IMG/VR virus record: IMGVR_UViG_3300020045_002115
Coordinates: 1-38,030 of that record
Reading direction: 5' to 3' (one strand)
Length of the DNA: 38,030 nucleotides
Source: a virus
Taxonomy: Duplodnaviria > Caudoviricetes
Part shown: in pieces, positions 18,843 to 27,731 of the stretch
Position numbering within the stretch: the stretch's first letter is position 1
Layout: the number at the start of each line of letters is the position of its first letter
Program-made: the position numbers and the translations under genes
Notes under the pieces: generated by a model
What the model saw: only the letters and a program-made list of their open reading frames with translations
The model's database searches: none
What the model was told of the DNA's origin: nothing

Positions 18843-18946
18843 GCCTTAATTCTGCCAACCTATACCCTTTTCCTTCGCGTGGCTTAACGCTCTCTTTCCT
18901 TTCGGGGGTTTGGGTGTTTTCACTTTAGGGGGTGTTAAATCGAAGA

Positions 18947-19210
18947 TTAATGAGTTGCATCAATTCCGCCCTTTTCATATTTTACAGGGGCTTTGGGCAT
19001 CCTCGCTTTATAAATCTGCATAGCTATATTGAGAACCCTGTTTTGCATTATAAAAAATAATCTTGCCGCCTTTCCCCTCTTTGTTTCGGGCAAAAGTTCA
19101 TTCTGCCAAATCTCTCTTAATTTGTGAGTTCTTTGGTAAAAAATATCACCCGCTTCTTCAATTTGGGAAATCGTGTACTTTTTCATTTTCTTTTTCGCAA
19201 GCTCACTCAA
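18947..19210 (-). CDS. Hypothetical protein
   Basis: 87 aa, same strand as operon. Confidence 0.55.
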   Translation of the reverse strand: MSELAKKKMKKYTISQIEEAGDIFYQRTHKLREIWQNELLPETKRGKAARLFFIMQNRVLNIAMQIYKARMPKAPVKYEKGGIDATH

Positions 19211-19267
19211 GGACAGACATTCTTAATGAAAGCAGAACATGGGCAATGCTTGCAAGGGGCAAAGGTA

Positions 19268-20251
19268 TTAAATTTCTAATTGTAGTTGGCTGTTTGTCTT
19301 AAATCGGGTTTTGGCGGTTTCGAGATTTAAGATTGCCTGTTTGTAATAGCTGTCTTTTAATTCAATGCCGATTGCTTTTCGTCCCATTGAAACCGGGCTG
19401 TAAACTTCTGAACCAACGCCCATGAATGGAGTAAATACTAATTCATTCGGATTGCTGTAAAGTTCAACCAACCTGTCAATCACATCAAGCTGCAAAGGAT
19501 GTACGTGCTTTTCGTCATCTTCATCACGGCTTTCTTTGAAGGGTAAAACATTGTCAATTCGGATATCATCCCAAACGCTTGAGGCGTAACGCTGCCAAAT
19601 CAAATGGCTCATCTTATTCTCTTTTGGGTCGCCTTCAAAATTCTGCCATTTCTTTTTGAAGTCTGCATAGTTGCCGTAGGTTTCTATGTGGGCCGGAAGA
19701 AAAGGCGTTTCGCCAAAGTAATCATTCAGTCCAAAAGGATGGGTTACCGGTATTTCGTTTTCACCTGAACGGGTAAAGATTAAAACATAATCGGGCATGG
19801 CCGTAAAGCATCGGGTTGTATCTTCAACAATGAATTTGTGCATTAAACTTTGCACCATTGTTCTCATGCGAACTTTCAGCGGCTCTTTCCAAATCGTTAT
19901 ACGGTTACGATAATGAAAACCGTTTGCCTCATGGAGTTTAATTATCTCATGCGGAAAGTCCCAAAGAAAACTTTTGTTATCGTGAATGTCTGTACAATGA
20001 ACTGCATTAATCCTTCCAGGCTTAGTTACCCTTGCCATTTCGCCAATCAGGAAACCATACTGCTGCAAAAATTGCTCTTTGCTTTCACAGTTTGAAAAAT
20101 CATTTTCGCTTGAACTGTAATTGTACAACCCCGCAAATGGAGGGCTGTAAATTGATAGGTGAACACTTTTGTCCGGTAATGTCGGAAGCACATACATACA
20201 ATCTGAATTGTATAGCGCGAAATCTTCGGTAATGAGTTGCTCTTTTATCAT
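19268..20251 (-). CDS. DNA amino-methyltransferase (N4-C/N6-A, beta class)
   Basis: SPPF catalytic motif precedes PFMGVGS SAM-binding motif; GIELK. Confidence 0.9.
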   Translation of the reverse strand: MIKEQLITEDFALYNSDCMYVLPTLPDKSVHLSIYSPPFAGLYNYSSSENDFSNCESKEQFLQQYGFLIGEMARVTKPGRINAVHCTDIHDNKSFLWDFPHEIIKLHEANGFHYRNRITIWKEPLKVRMRTMVQSLMHKFIVEDTTRCFTAMPDYVLIFTRSGENEIPVTHPFGLNDYFGETPFLPAHIETYGNYADFKKKWQNFEGDPKENKMSHLIWQRYASSVWDDIRIDNVLPFKESRDEDDEKHVHPLQLDVIDRLVELYSNPNELVFTPFMGVGSEVYSPVSMGRKAIGIELKDSYYKQAILNLETAKTRFKTNSQLQLEI

Positions 20252-21621
20252 ACGAATTTAGGTAGTTTGACTTTTTTGTTGAACTCTTTTTTTACTATTT
20301 TGAAATCTGAATTTGTTTGTGCGCTGAGATTTTCAAACATCTCAATTGCTTTCTCTTTTTTTATCATAAGACTTTCCATGATTCGGGTTTGCCCATCGGA
20401 TAAAATCAAATCTACAATCACTTCTCTTTTCTGCCCGAACCTCCAAAACCTTCTTATTGCCTGATAGTATTGCTCGTAAGAATACGTAGGGAAATAGGTA
20501 GTATGATTGCAATGCTGCCAATTCAAACCAAAGGCGGTTATTGAAGTTTTGGTTATTAGTTTTTTTATTTCGCCTTTTGAAAATGAAAGTAAAATTTCTT
20601 CTTTCTCGTCAATATCCATTTTACCTTTTACCTCAACTGCGGTTTTGTCAAGCTGTGATATCAAAGCGGCCTCATCGTTCAGGTTCACCCAATACACAGA
20701 AATATCATGTTCGTTTGCCTTGCCTACGGCGGCTTCGCACCGTTCATGTATAGTCGCCCTTACTTCAGCTTTTATTTCAAAGAAGTTAGTTGCAGGAAAA
20801 TTGAACATTGAATATTGCCCGTTCAATGTTAGGGGGCTTTTATTGTTTACTATGGTTTCATATTCTTTCAGCTCGGGCAAAATGAATTTAGTATCATCAA
20901 AGCCCAAATCACTTGGCTTTCTCATTGATATGCTCCATGAAGAAATCCATTGCCAAAAAGATTTTTCAGCATGGCCTTTCAAATACCATTCTTCCCCTGC
21001 CCGGTGTTGGCCGCTTGCTTTTATTGTATTGTTATTATTTTTAAAAAACTTCGTAAGCATATCCGTATATCCCAAATATCCCAATGCCTCCGATGAAGTT
21101 CCTAATTCTACATAATCATTGGGGGATGGGGTTGCGGTAAAGAGATATCGATATTTTACTTTCCGCAAGAAATTAGTTATGGCTTGTTTCGTTGCGCCCT
21201 CAAAGTTTTTTAAGATAGAACTTTCATCTAATAAAACACAATCGAAATCATGTGAGTTAAAATGTTCCAATCGTTCGTAGTTGCAAATTACAATCTTTGT
21301 TTTATATTTCCCGTCTTTGGAATAGGAAACATCATCTATGTTAAATTTCTCGGCCTCTTTGATAAATTGAAAGGCAACCGCCAAAGGGCAAATAATTAAT
21401 ACAGGTTTGTTGGTATGCCGTATGTAGTTGGTGGCAGTAACTAATTCAATTAACGTCTTGCCTAATCCGGTGTCTAAGAAATCAGCGCACCGCCCTTTTC
21501 GGATTGTTTTTTCTGCTACGTATTTTTGAAAATCAAAAAGCGAATTGGGAATAAATGTCGGCTCTATTCCGTAATCGGATTGAGAGTGCCTTTTACTTTC
21601 TAAGAAACTTTGATAATCCAT
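20248..21621 (-). CDS. SNF2-like SF2 helicase
   Basis: DTGLGKT, LDESS, TATP, FGLNWQ, QAIRRFWRFGQ. Confidence 0.9.
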   Translation of the reverse strand: MDYQSFLESKRHSQSDYGIEPTFIPNSLFDFQKYVAEKTIRKGRCADFLDTGLGKTLIELVTATNYIRHTNKPVLIICPLAVAFQFIKEAEKFNIDDVSYSKDGKYKTKIVICNYERLEHFNSHDFDCVLLDESSILKNFEGATKQAITNFLRKVKYRYLFTATPSPNDYVELGTSSEALGYLGYTDMLTKFFKNNNNTIKASGQHRAGEEWYLKGHAEKSFWQWISSWSISMRKPSDLGFDDTKFILPELKEYETIVNNKSPLTLNGQYSMFNFPATNFFEIKAEVRATIHERCEAAVGKANEHDISVYWVNLNDEAALISQLDKTAVEVKGKMDIDEKEEILLSFSKGEIKKLITKTSITAFGLNWQHCNHTTYFPTYSYEQYYQAIRRFWRFGQKREVIVDLILSDGQTRIMESLMIKKEKAIEMFENLSAQTNSDFKIVKKEFNKKVKLPKFV

Positions 21622-21627
21622 AATAAC

Positions 21628-21737
21628 AAACCCTTACCAGCACAAAGGTTCGTCCGTCCTGCGCGAAGGCAGATTGGGCAATGTACCGATAAGGGGTTTC
21701 TTTTGGGTTTTCATAACGGACGAACGGGACAAAGATA
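21628..21737 (-). promoter_or_regulatory. Promoter (TATCTTTG) plus structured leader upstream of helicase
   Basis: -7 box at 21730-21737; complementary 21648-21657/21716-21725; stem 21628-21644/21682-21699. Confidence 0.6.
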
Positions 21738-21829
21738 ATATTTATTTCAATAACCTAATTTTATTTTTAATTCCCTTTCAGTAAATCGCTTCTTTGCTCC
21801 GTTGGGCTTGAAAGGTCGTAGTTCGGGGG

Positions 21830-22162
21830 TCATTTGGTTAATGAATTAAATTTGTTTTCAAAATCTTCATACGAATCTCTCACTTCAAAGGCAATGCCCC
21901 CTGCCGTATTCACATCCTCCAGGAACATAGTCTGAAAGATTGAAAGTTTATCCCTGCCCGTTTTCACTTCGATTGCAAGGAACTTCCCATCTGACTTTCT
22001 GAATCCGATAATATCGGGAATGCCGAGTTTGTGAGTTGGATTTTTCATAAAGGCATCCCGCTTCTTTGAATACACGGCTCCGTTGTTTTGCCTCCATGCC
22101 TTGAATCCGTTGTAGTTCAGAAACCGGATAATGCTTTGCGTTAATTGATTCGTTGCGCTCAT
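21830..22162 (-). CDS. VRR-NUC domain nuclease
   Basis: GIPDI...AIEVK...LS..Q..F PD-(D/E)xK pattern. Confidence 0.85.
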   Translation of the reverse strand: MSATNQLTQSIIRFLNYNGFKAWRQNNGAVYSKKRDAFMKNPTHKLGIPDIIGFRKSDGKFLAIEVKTGRDKLSIFQTMFLEDVNTAGGIAFEVRDSYEDFENKFNSLTK

Positions 22163-22272
22163 TTCCTTTTCTTCCTACTTGGTGCCAAACTTTTCATCTT
22201 CTGCCTTTGCCGCTCTTTTACCTCCTCACAAAATATTTTTAAGGCTATCTCCTTTTTATTGGGGCGGGTCAT
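22159..22272 (-). CDS. Small basic hypothetical protein (37 aa)
   Basis: MTRPNKKEIALK...; ATGA-coupled at both ends; below ORF-track cutoff. Confidence 0.45.
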   Translation of the reverse strand: MTRPNKKEIALKIFCEEVKERQRQKMKSLAPSRKKRK

Positions 22273-23105
22273 TGAAATAAATGTTGGTTCTCTGTAAAAC
22301 TTCTTTCGCACCCTACGCACATCGGTTGAAATAAATCAAGTTCTAATTGTTTCGGGTTCTTTTTCTTTGGCATTTTTTCTCCCCAGCCGAAACCAAATTT
22401 TTGTTTCACTATTTTTTCAAGTCCGTCAATCCATGCGCCCCATTTCGGAAATAAAACACTTGCCTCTATTCGCTCGACCTTGCTTTGCATTGTTCCGCAC
22501 AGACATTCTCCGCTTCTACATATTGCAAGTGATACGGGATTGCGCTTTACTCCGTTGCCATCAAGATACGAAATACATTCGGGCTTATCCCATTCGTTGA
22601 TAACATTTACCCAAATATTATTTCCGTTTTTCTCTACCTTAATCGGATTGACAAATTCCTTCATTCTGTTTTCAGATTCAAGCCGCCTGCCTCCGTTGAC
22701 GAATAGTATTTTTCTGCCCCGTTTATTTTGGCGAATGTTTTTAGAAGTGCATTTCCTAAAATGTTCCGCTTTCAAAACATGATAGGAGAAATTGTGAGCA
22801 TCCCTACCTACTCCAAAGAATCCCTTCCGCATAATGTACCGTTCGTAAGCGTCCCCTGCGTCGGCTTCAATGTAAATAGGCTTTTCATTTGCAGTTGTTG
22901 CCCGAACAAAGTCAAGGGTTTCCTGTATTCCCGTTCCCGTTATGCCGTGCATGATGTGGGTTAAGGGAACGCCCAACTCTTTGCAAACCGCCAACGCTGT
23001 CATTGAATCATCGCCACCCGAAAGCATCAGGACAACAGCATAGGGATTGTATTCAGCTATTGCCCTATCAATAATCTCCTTGCTCGATAATAATTTCTCG
23101 TTCAC
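22269..23105 (-). CDS. PAPS reductase-family (PP-loop) protein
   Basis: LSGGDDS PP-loop, GxRxxESxxR, RSGECLCG. Confidence 0.85.
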   Translation of the reverse strand: MNEKLLSSKEIIDRAIAEYNPYAVVLMLSGGDDSMTALAVCKELGVPLTHIMHGITGTGIQETLDFVRATTANEKPIYIEADAGDAYERYIMRKGFFGVGRDAHNFSYHVLKAEHFRKCTSKNIRQNKRGRKILFVNGGRRLESENRMKEFVNPIKVEKNGNNIWVNVINEWDKPECISYLDGNGVKRNPVSLAICRSGECLCGTMQSKVERIEASVLFPKWGAWIDGLEKIVKQKFGFGWGEKMPKKKNPKQLELDLFQPMCVGCERSFTENQHLFQ

Positions 23106-23248
23106 TTTACCCAGTACCTAAATGCACCCATAAATTCTTTAACTAACTCTAATCCACATTTGCCGCACCTCATCCATTGCGAACTTCCATTGTAAGCATA
23201 TTCACTCCAATGTTTCCTATGAAAAATGCGACAATAAAACTTTTTCAT
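23102..23248 (-). CDS. Small Cys/His protein (48 aa)
   Basis: MKKFYCRIFHRKHW...CGKCG; stop overlaps next start; below ORF-track cutoff. Confidence 0.5.
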   Translation of the reverse strand: MKKFYCRIFHRKHWSEYAYNGSSQWMRCGKCGLELVKEFMGAFRYWVK

Positions 23249-23291
23249 CTTCCAATTATTTTCAAAGGCACTTCGGATGGGGTGAGGCGTT

Positions 23292-23564
23292 TCATTTTAG
23301 TTCCGATTTTAAAATATCAAACATTTCAGGCAGGTATTTATTAATGTCGCTCCCCCTCCCCTGTACTGAAATCGTATATTCATTTTCATCCACATAAATT
23401 CTCATTCGATAATGTTGCGGCTCGAATGCACAGGAAACAACTCTTTCCCGCGACTGCATTATTTCCAGCGTACCCTTCAACCGCTTGGTTATTTCATTTT
23501 CTAAATCATTCATGCTTGCCAATTCATTCATGAAAACTTGAATCGGATTATTGTTCTGTGGCAT
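23292..23564 (-). CDS. Hypothetical protein
   Basis: 90 aa in operon. Confidence 0.6.
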   Translation of the reverse strand: MPQNNNPIQVFMNELASMNDLENEITKRLKGTLEIMQSRERVVSCAFEPQHYRMRIYVDENEYTISVQGRGSDINKYLPEMFDILKSELK

Positions 23565-23574
23565 CTTTCAATTA

Positions 23575-23907
23575 TTAAACTGTTTTATTCTGCTCGTGAT
23601 ACTTTTGGAGGAGGTGGGCGGAATCCAAATATAGATATTTTTTCCCATCCCAATACACCCAATGATTATCGTCCTCGCTTGTTCTTACGGCATTTTCCCA
23701 AATCCATTCCAATAGCCCCACGCTCTGCTCGTCCGCCAGCTTTTGGGCGTAGGGAGAGGTTGCGCCTGCGATGTAACCATCTTGGCGGGCTTCGAGAATG
23801 TCAATTCTGTCATACGCTTTAAGCAATCCGCTTCTCGCTATTGTTCTTGCGGGGTATCTATTCTCCGCTTCGTCAATCAATTCTTTAGGGGTTGGTGTAT
23901 CGCTCAT
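23575..23907 (-). CDS. Hypothetical protein
   Basis: 110 aa in operon. Confidence 0.6.
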   Translation of the reverse strand: MSDTPTPKELIDEAENRYPARTIARSGLLKAYDRIDILEARQDGYIAGATSPYAQKLADEQSVGLLEWIWENAVRTSEDDNHWVYWDGKKYLYLDSAHLLQKYHEQNKTV

Positions 23908-23913
23908 GGCGCT

Positions 23914-24141
23914 TTATTGGTTTTTATTATTAATAGCCATATTCCATAAAAACGCAACCCCCGCCACTCCTCCTGTAAAGAAAAATAGTAGCATGAATGT
24001 AGGTAAGAACATCGCATCATGTGAAAGGCTGTACTTCGCCTGAAACGCATTCCAAAATACAGGCGTGTAAAAACTAAGTGTCAATAGTGTTAAGGTTGCT
24101 ATTAATGCAACGATTATTGAAGTTGTCTTTCTCATAGTCAT
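23914..24141 (-). CDS. Two-TM membrane protein
   Basis: Two hydrophobic segments. Confidence 0.6.
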   Translation of the reverse strand: MTMRKTTSIIVALIATLTLLTLSFYTPVFWNAFQAKYSLSHDAMFLPTFMLLFFFTGGVAGVAFLWNMAINNKNQ

Positions 24142-24169
24142 TTTCCTTTAGTTGGTTTATTGATTGAAA

Positions 24170-24610
24170 TTATTTAACGTCCTCTTTTGCCTTTGGAGAA
24201 GATTGCAGGCGGTCACGAAGCCACTGAATCCCATCTGCAAATGAATTTCCGCAACACATGGCTGCAAATTCTACCAAATGAGTGTGTCCATATTGCTTTT
24301 GCATATTTCCCAAGTGATATTTTTCCTTTTCTTCGGCAGCATTATGTACCTCCTGTTCGCTCGGCATCGCTGCGGAAGGGGTGGGATTCACAATTAGATT
24401 ATTACAGTCGGGGCTTTCAACATTAATCAATACCGCCCCCTCCTCCAATCGGGGCTGCTCTTGCGCCCTTGAGTATTTTAATTCTTCGTACATACAAATC
24501 TCCCCTGCCATGTAGATTGCCTTGAGTTCGTCAGGAGTTTCGGGTTTTAGCATTTCAGATTTAACCTGATTGGCGGTTTTGATTTCTTCTTCTGTAAAAT
24601 TATTTTTCAT
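24170..24610 (-). CDS. Hypothetical protein
   Basis: 146 aa in operon. Confidence 0.6.
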   Translation of the reverse strand: MKNNFTEEEIKTANQVKSEMLKPETPDELKAIYMAGEICMYEELKYSRAQEQPRLEEGAVLINVESPDCNNLIVNPTPSAAMPSEQEVHNAAEEKEKYHLGNMQKQYGHTHLVEFAAMCCGNSFADGIQWLRDRLQSSPKAKEDVK

Positions 24611-24639
24611 TCTTTTTTAGATTTATTTTTCAGGGGTGG

Positions 24640-25326
24640 TTAAAATTCTATCGTTTGCAAATATTCACGGACGTAAATGTTTTTCATTTCGTCCCGGACT
24701 TCGGTGTCATAATTTTTTCTTAGTTCCGCTGATTCTTGCGCCCTTCCTTTGCGGACAAGTTCGTCACGCATTTCTGAAAAATTAACTTCAGCCTGTTTTC
24801 TGACTTGCTTCTTTTTTTCATCGGACAAATCCAATTTACCATTTCTCCATAACGAAGCGAAGCATTCTTTCACCATTAATATTTCAGGAATCTTTTTTAA
24901 TTCTTTAATGGTTTCAATCGTTATGCGAAGGGCTGCATCTTGTTTTTCTTCTTTCGTGCGCTTGTCTTCAATCTGCAATGGTTCTGGTTTCTTTGGGGCC
25001 GGAATAGATTTCTTATATTCCAGGTAGGGGTTTATTATGCGCCCGAAATATTCAGCCGAAAATACTTTGCCGTAAAGACCCATATCATTCGCGGGATTCA
25101 ATGGGTTAATCAAAAATTTATTTGTAATGGCCGCCTCGAATGATTCGCTAATATCAGAAAGTAAAATATTAGGATAGTGCTTTTGAATAAACTCTACCAT
25201 TGCCCGTTGCCCGTCCTCGTAAGGAACTTCGTTGGCCGCAAGTCCCAACAATCGAAATACCATTCCGATGGCAGACCTTATTTGTGATTCCCTGCACGTT
25301 GATATTTTTTGTTTATCCATTTTCAA
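24640..25326 (-). CDS. Replication-associated protein (possible helicase loader)
   Basis: Overlaps the initiator-like gene as in lambdoid O/P pairs; function inferred from position. Confidence 0.45.
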   Translation of the reverse strand: MKMDKQKISTCRESQIRSAIGMVFRLLGLAANEVPYEDGQRAMVEFIQKHYPNILLSDISESFEAAITNKFLINPLNPANDMGLYGKVFSAEYFGRIINPYLEYKKSIPAPKKPEPLQIEDKRTKEEKQDAALRITIETIKELKKIPEILMVKECFASLWRNGKLDLSDEKKKQVRKQAEVNFSEMRDELVRKGRAQESAELRKNYDTEVRDEMKNIYVREYLQTIEF

Positions 25327-26068
25327 AATCTTTATATGCCTGTTCTGCGCTCTGCGCTTTGTTCGGCTTGTGGTTTGATTTTATTGCTACTCCATTTTGC
25401 ATTACCGCCTTGCCGTCCCTCATATCCCTCAACATGAAGTTTCGGGCGGTAGCAATCCAGTCTTTTCTCGTGTTTCCGTTGGCGCTCCAGTTTTTAACCG
25501 CCTCGTAATAATACTTTGTATTGAAGGTGGCATATTTTTCATCTGAGCTAAAAGCAAGGTCGAATTTAACGAATTCAAAGTATTCTGATTTTTCAAAAAG
25601 ATGAGCGCCTTTTACCTTTACCTTTTCCATTACCATTACCTCTTCCTTTACCTTTACCATTACATGGGCGGCATCAATGCCGCTTCTAAGCCCCTTCAAT
25701 GTGGCTTCATTAATGTTTAAATTCTCGTCAATAAGGGAATATTTATGTAATTCTTTGATGAAATTATTGTGAGCCCTGTTGTTGTTATTGAGTCCGCTTG
25801 GATATTGGTGATGAATGAAATCAGGAAAGAAAAATTTGCCATTTTTCAGGTCGTATGCTTTTCCGGTTTTAATAAAGTTTGCCTCAAAATCCTTTAAGGA
25901 AATTTTCTGCTTTGTGTAAATTGAAGCCGCCTCTAAATCCATTACCCAAATTCCGGAGCCTTCACAGTCACAGATTATGAAAACATAAAGCAGCTTCATT
26001 GCGGCATCTAAGCCCCTTACAAATGGGGACTTAAAAAATCCGGTGCTGATAAACCTATTAGCGGCCAT
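25313..26068 (-). CDS. Replication initiator/replisome organiser-like protein
   Basis: N-terminal KLLYVFIICDC..GIW, low-complexity VKVKE linker, C-terminal KDWIATARN; likely start MAANRF (ORF track start 26098). Confidence 0.7.
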   Translation of the reverse strand: MAANRFISTGFFKSPFVRGLDAAMKLLYVFIICDCEGSGIWVMDLEAASIYTKQKISLKDFEANFIKTGKAYDLKNGKFFFPDFIHHQYPSGLNNNNRAHNNFIKELHKYSLIDENLNINEATLKGLRSGIDAAHVMVKVKEEVMVMEKVKVKGAHLFEKSEYFEFVKFDLAFSSDEKYATFNTKYYYEAVKNWSANGNTRKDWIATARNFMLRDMRDGKAVMQNGVAIKSNHKPNKAQSAEQAYKDFENG

Positions 26069-26074
26069 ATAGCA

Positions 26075-26206
26075 AAGTCGCCCTGACGGGTACGGCATAT
26101 CAGTCCGGCTAAGGAGGGAGGGATGCCGCCCCTTTCAGGACTTATCTTAAATTAGTAAATTTTGTTTTGAACATTAGCCGAACTGATTTATTAAAGCCCA
26201 AACGTA
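26075..26206 (-). promoter_or_regulatory. Promoter (TACGTTTG) plus structured leader upstream of initiator
   Basis: -7 box at 26199-26206; complementary 26099-26112/26174-26187; stem 26075-26098/26123-26142. Confidence 0.6.
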
Positions 26207-26236
26207 CCGCTTTATCCGATACCAAAAACATTGTGT

Positions 26237-26557
26237 TCATAAGTTTTGAGCATTTTTTTCAACAATCCCCCTGTTCGCCTTTTGCTGGTCGGGGGTCATA
26301 AACCAAATTTTATGGTCGCGGTTCCATTCGTCCGATATAAGCACCCCTGCCTGCTTTAAATCCAACAAGCGCCTGGGCAATGAGTTTATGCCATGCTCCA
26401 CTATTGCATCGCGTACCGTTAATCTATTGCCCCCCATAAGCAGATTAAATACCTTCAGACATTGTTTGTTGAACTTGTGGCGGTTCTCATTTAAGTTTGT
26501 AAGGCTTTCTCTATTATTTTCAGCTTCGTGAACGGTAAAGAGGTCGGGTTGGCTCAT
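26237..26557 (-). CDS. Winged HTH DNA-binding protein
   Basis: LTVRDAIVEHGINSLPRRLLDLK pattern. Confidence 0.65.
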   Translation of the reverse strand: MSQPDLFTVHEAENNRESLTNLNENRHKFNKQCLKVFNLLMGGNRLTVRDAIVEHGINSLPRRLLDLKQAGVLISDEWNRDHKIWFMTPDQQKANRGIVEKNAQNL

Positions 26558-27384
26558 CTTAATGGAGATTTAACGCCCCGTAAATAGGTCGGGGAGTGGA
26601 TTAAATAATGCTTCTCAATCGTTCGGGTTGAGGCATGGCCAACCTTTGTAGCGACTACTGAAATCGGCACTTCGTTTTCAACTGACCATGTAATAGTGAA
26701 TCTTCGGATAGCATGAACGCCCAAATATTTTACTCCGACAATTCCGCAATATCTTTTAATGGTTTCGCGGATGCTTTCAGATGTATATGGGTGGCCGGCT
26801 TTCCATCCTTCAAAAAGGTAGCGGGTTGGTTTTTCTTTCTGTGAGTTCCAATACAAAGAGATTAACTTCCAAACTCCTTCCGATGGATAAATTACCCTAT
26901 CTTGATTTCCTTTAGCAGAGCGCAAAATAATACTCGCCTCTTTAGAGTTGCAATCAGAAAGGAGGATTGAACACGGCTCCGATATTCTTAATCCGCAGTC
27001 AATGATCAGCGCAAGTATAGCTTTCTGTTTTGCATTTTTAATAGCATTGAGAACTTTTAAAATATCCTGTTCTAAATAAACCGATTGAACTTTCTTGGTG
27101 CGCTTCGGATATGGAAGCTGCCGCCAATCAATGTTCCGGTCGTAAACCGTTGAAAATAGCCAGCGAATAATTATACAAATGTTTCGCCTGGTATTGTCAT
27201 TCTTAAACTCCGCTGCGAAATCCTGTAATTCTAAAATTGTCGCATCCTTTGGTTCGGGAAATCTTTTAAGGATTAAATTAAGGTTTGCCCTGTAAACCGG
27301 ATAAGTATTTTCTAAGCTATATCCCTTTAAGCGGATGTAATTGAAAAGCATTTTGTCACAATACTCGGCAGTAGTCAATTTCAT
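26554..27384 (-). CDS. Tyrosine recombinase, candidate cassette integrase
   Basis: GLRISE (R), AKG (K), HAIR (HxxR), VGH (H), KHY (Y); SAM-like N-domain; C-terminal KSPL; no IntI-type insertion visible. Confidence 0.9.
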   Translation of the reverse strand: MKLTTAEYCDKMLFNYIRLKGYSLENTYPVYRANLNLILKRFPEPKDATILELQDFAAEFKNDNTRRNICIIIRWLFSTVYDRNIDWRQLPYPKRTKKVQSVYLEQDILKVLNAIKNAKQKAILALIIDCGLRISEPCSILLSDCNSKEASIILRSAKGNQDRVIYPSEGVWKLISLYWNSQKEKPTRYLFEGWKAGHPYTSESIRETIKRYCGIVGVKYLGVHAIRRFTITWSVENEVPISVVATKVGHASTRTIEKHYLIHSPTYLRGVKSPLR

Positions 27385-27394
27385 AATCGTTTGA

Positions 27395-27429
27395 TTTTTA
27401 GAATAGGTTCATTAGTACCACCGTTATAA
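27395..27429 (+). other. attI-like primary recombination site (core GTTATAA at 27423-27429)
   Basis: GTT core 39 bp upstream of integrase start; GTTATAAAA is complementary to TTTTATAAC at 27524-27532; not preceded by an attC arm; left limit uncertain. Confidence 0.6.
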
Positions 27430-27725
27430 AACAGCTTGCTCATAACGGATTACATCTATTGCAGTTTCTACCCATGTGTGGTGCTTCTATAACATCATCG
27501 CTCCCACAAACATCGCAAACCGATTTTATAACATCAGGTTGGACAAAATTTTTATTTGCTTCCCTTAGTGCTTTAATTTCAGCGTTCATCTTCGTAATTT
27601 GTCTCTGTAAAGGCTTTATTGCATTTTCAACATACATTTCTACACTCTGGTCTTGTAACATATTTTATCTATTTTAAGTTATCGTTTTCAAATCCGCAAA
27701 TAAAAACTTCGCCAACCTGCGGACG
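27424..27725 (+). mobile_element. Gene cassette 1 (302 bp)
   Basis: Bounded by G|TT cores at 27423 and 27725; ends in attC-like site 1. Confidence 0.7.
27440..27661 (-). CDS. Small coiled-coil plus CxxC...CxxC protein (cassette 1)
   Basis: 73 aa; starts in the attC1 loop and reads through its arm (NKNFVQPDVIK). Confidence 0.7.
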   Translation of the reverse strand: MLQDQSVEMYVENAIKPLQRQITKMNAEIKALREANKNFVQPDVIKSVCDVCGSDDVIEAPHMGRNCNRCNPL

Positions 27726-27731
27726 TTATAT
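27526..27731 (+). repeat. attC-like site 1 (206 bp)
   Basis: TTATAAC-AT-CAGGTTGG...TTTTTATTTGC / GCAAATAAAAA...CCAACCTG-CGGAC-GTTATAT. Confidence 0.75.

Noticed and set aside
27421-27448. Short IR CCGTTAT/ATAACGG at the attI junction as a fourth attC
   Set aside because: Lacks the 8-bp arms and 2/5 geometry, and the order (GTT before AAC) is reversed; may be chance.
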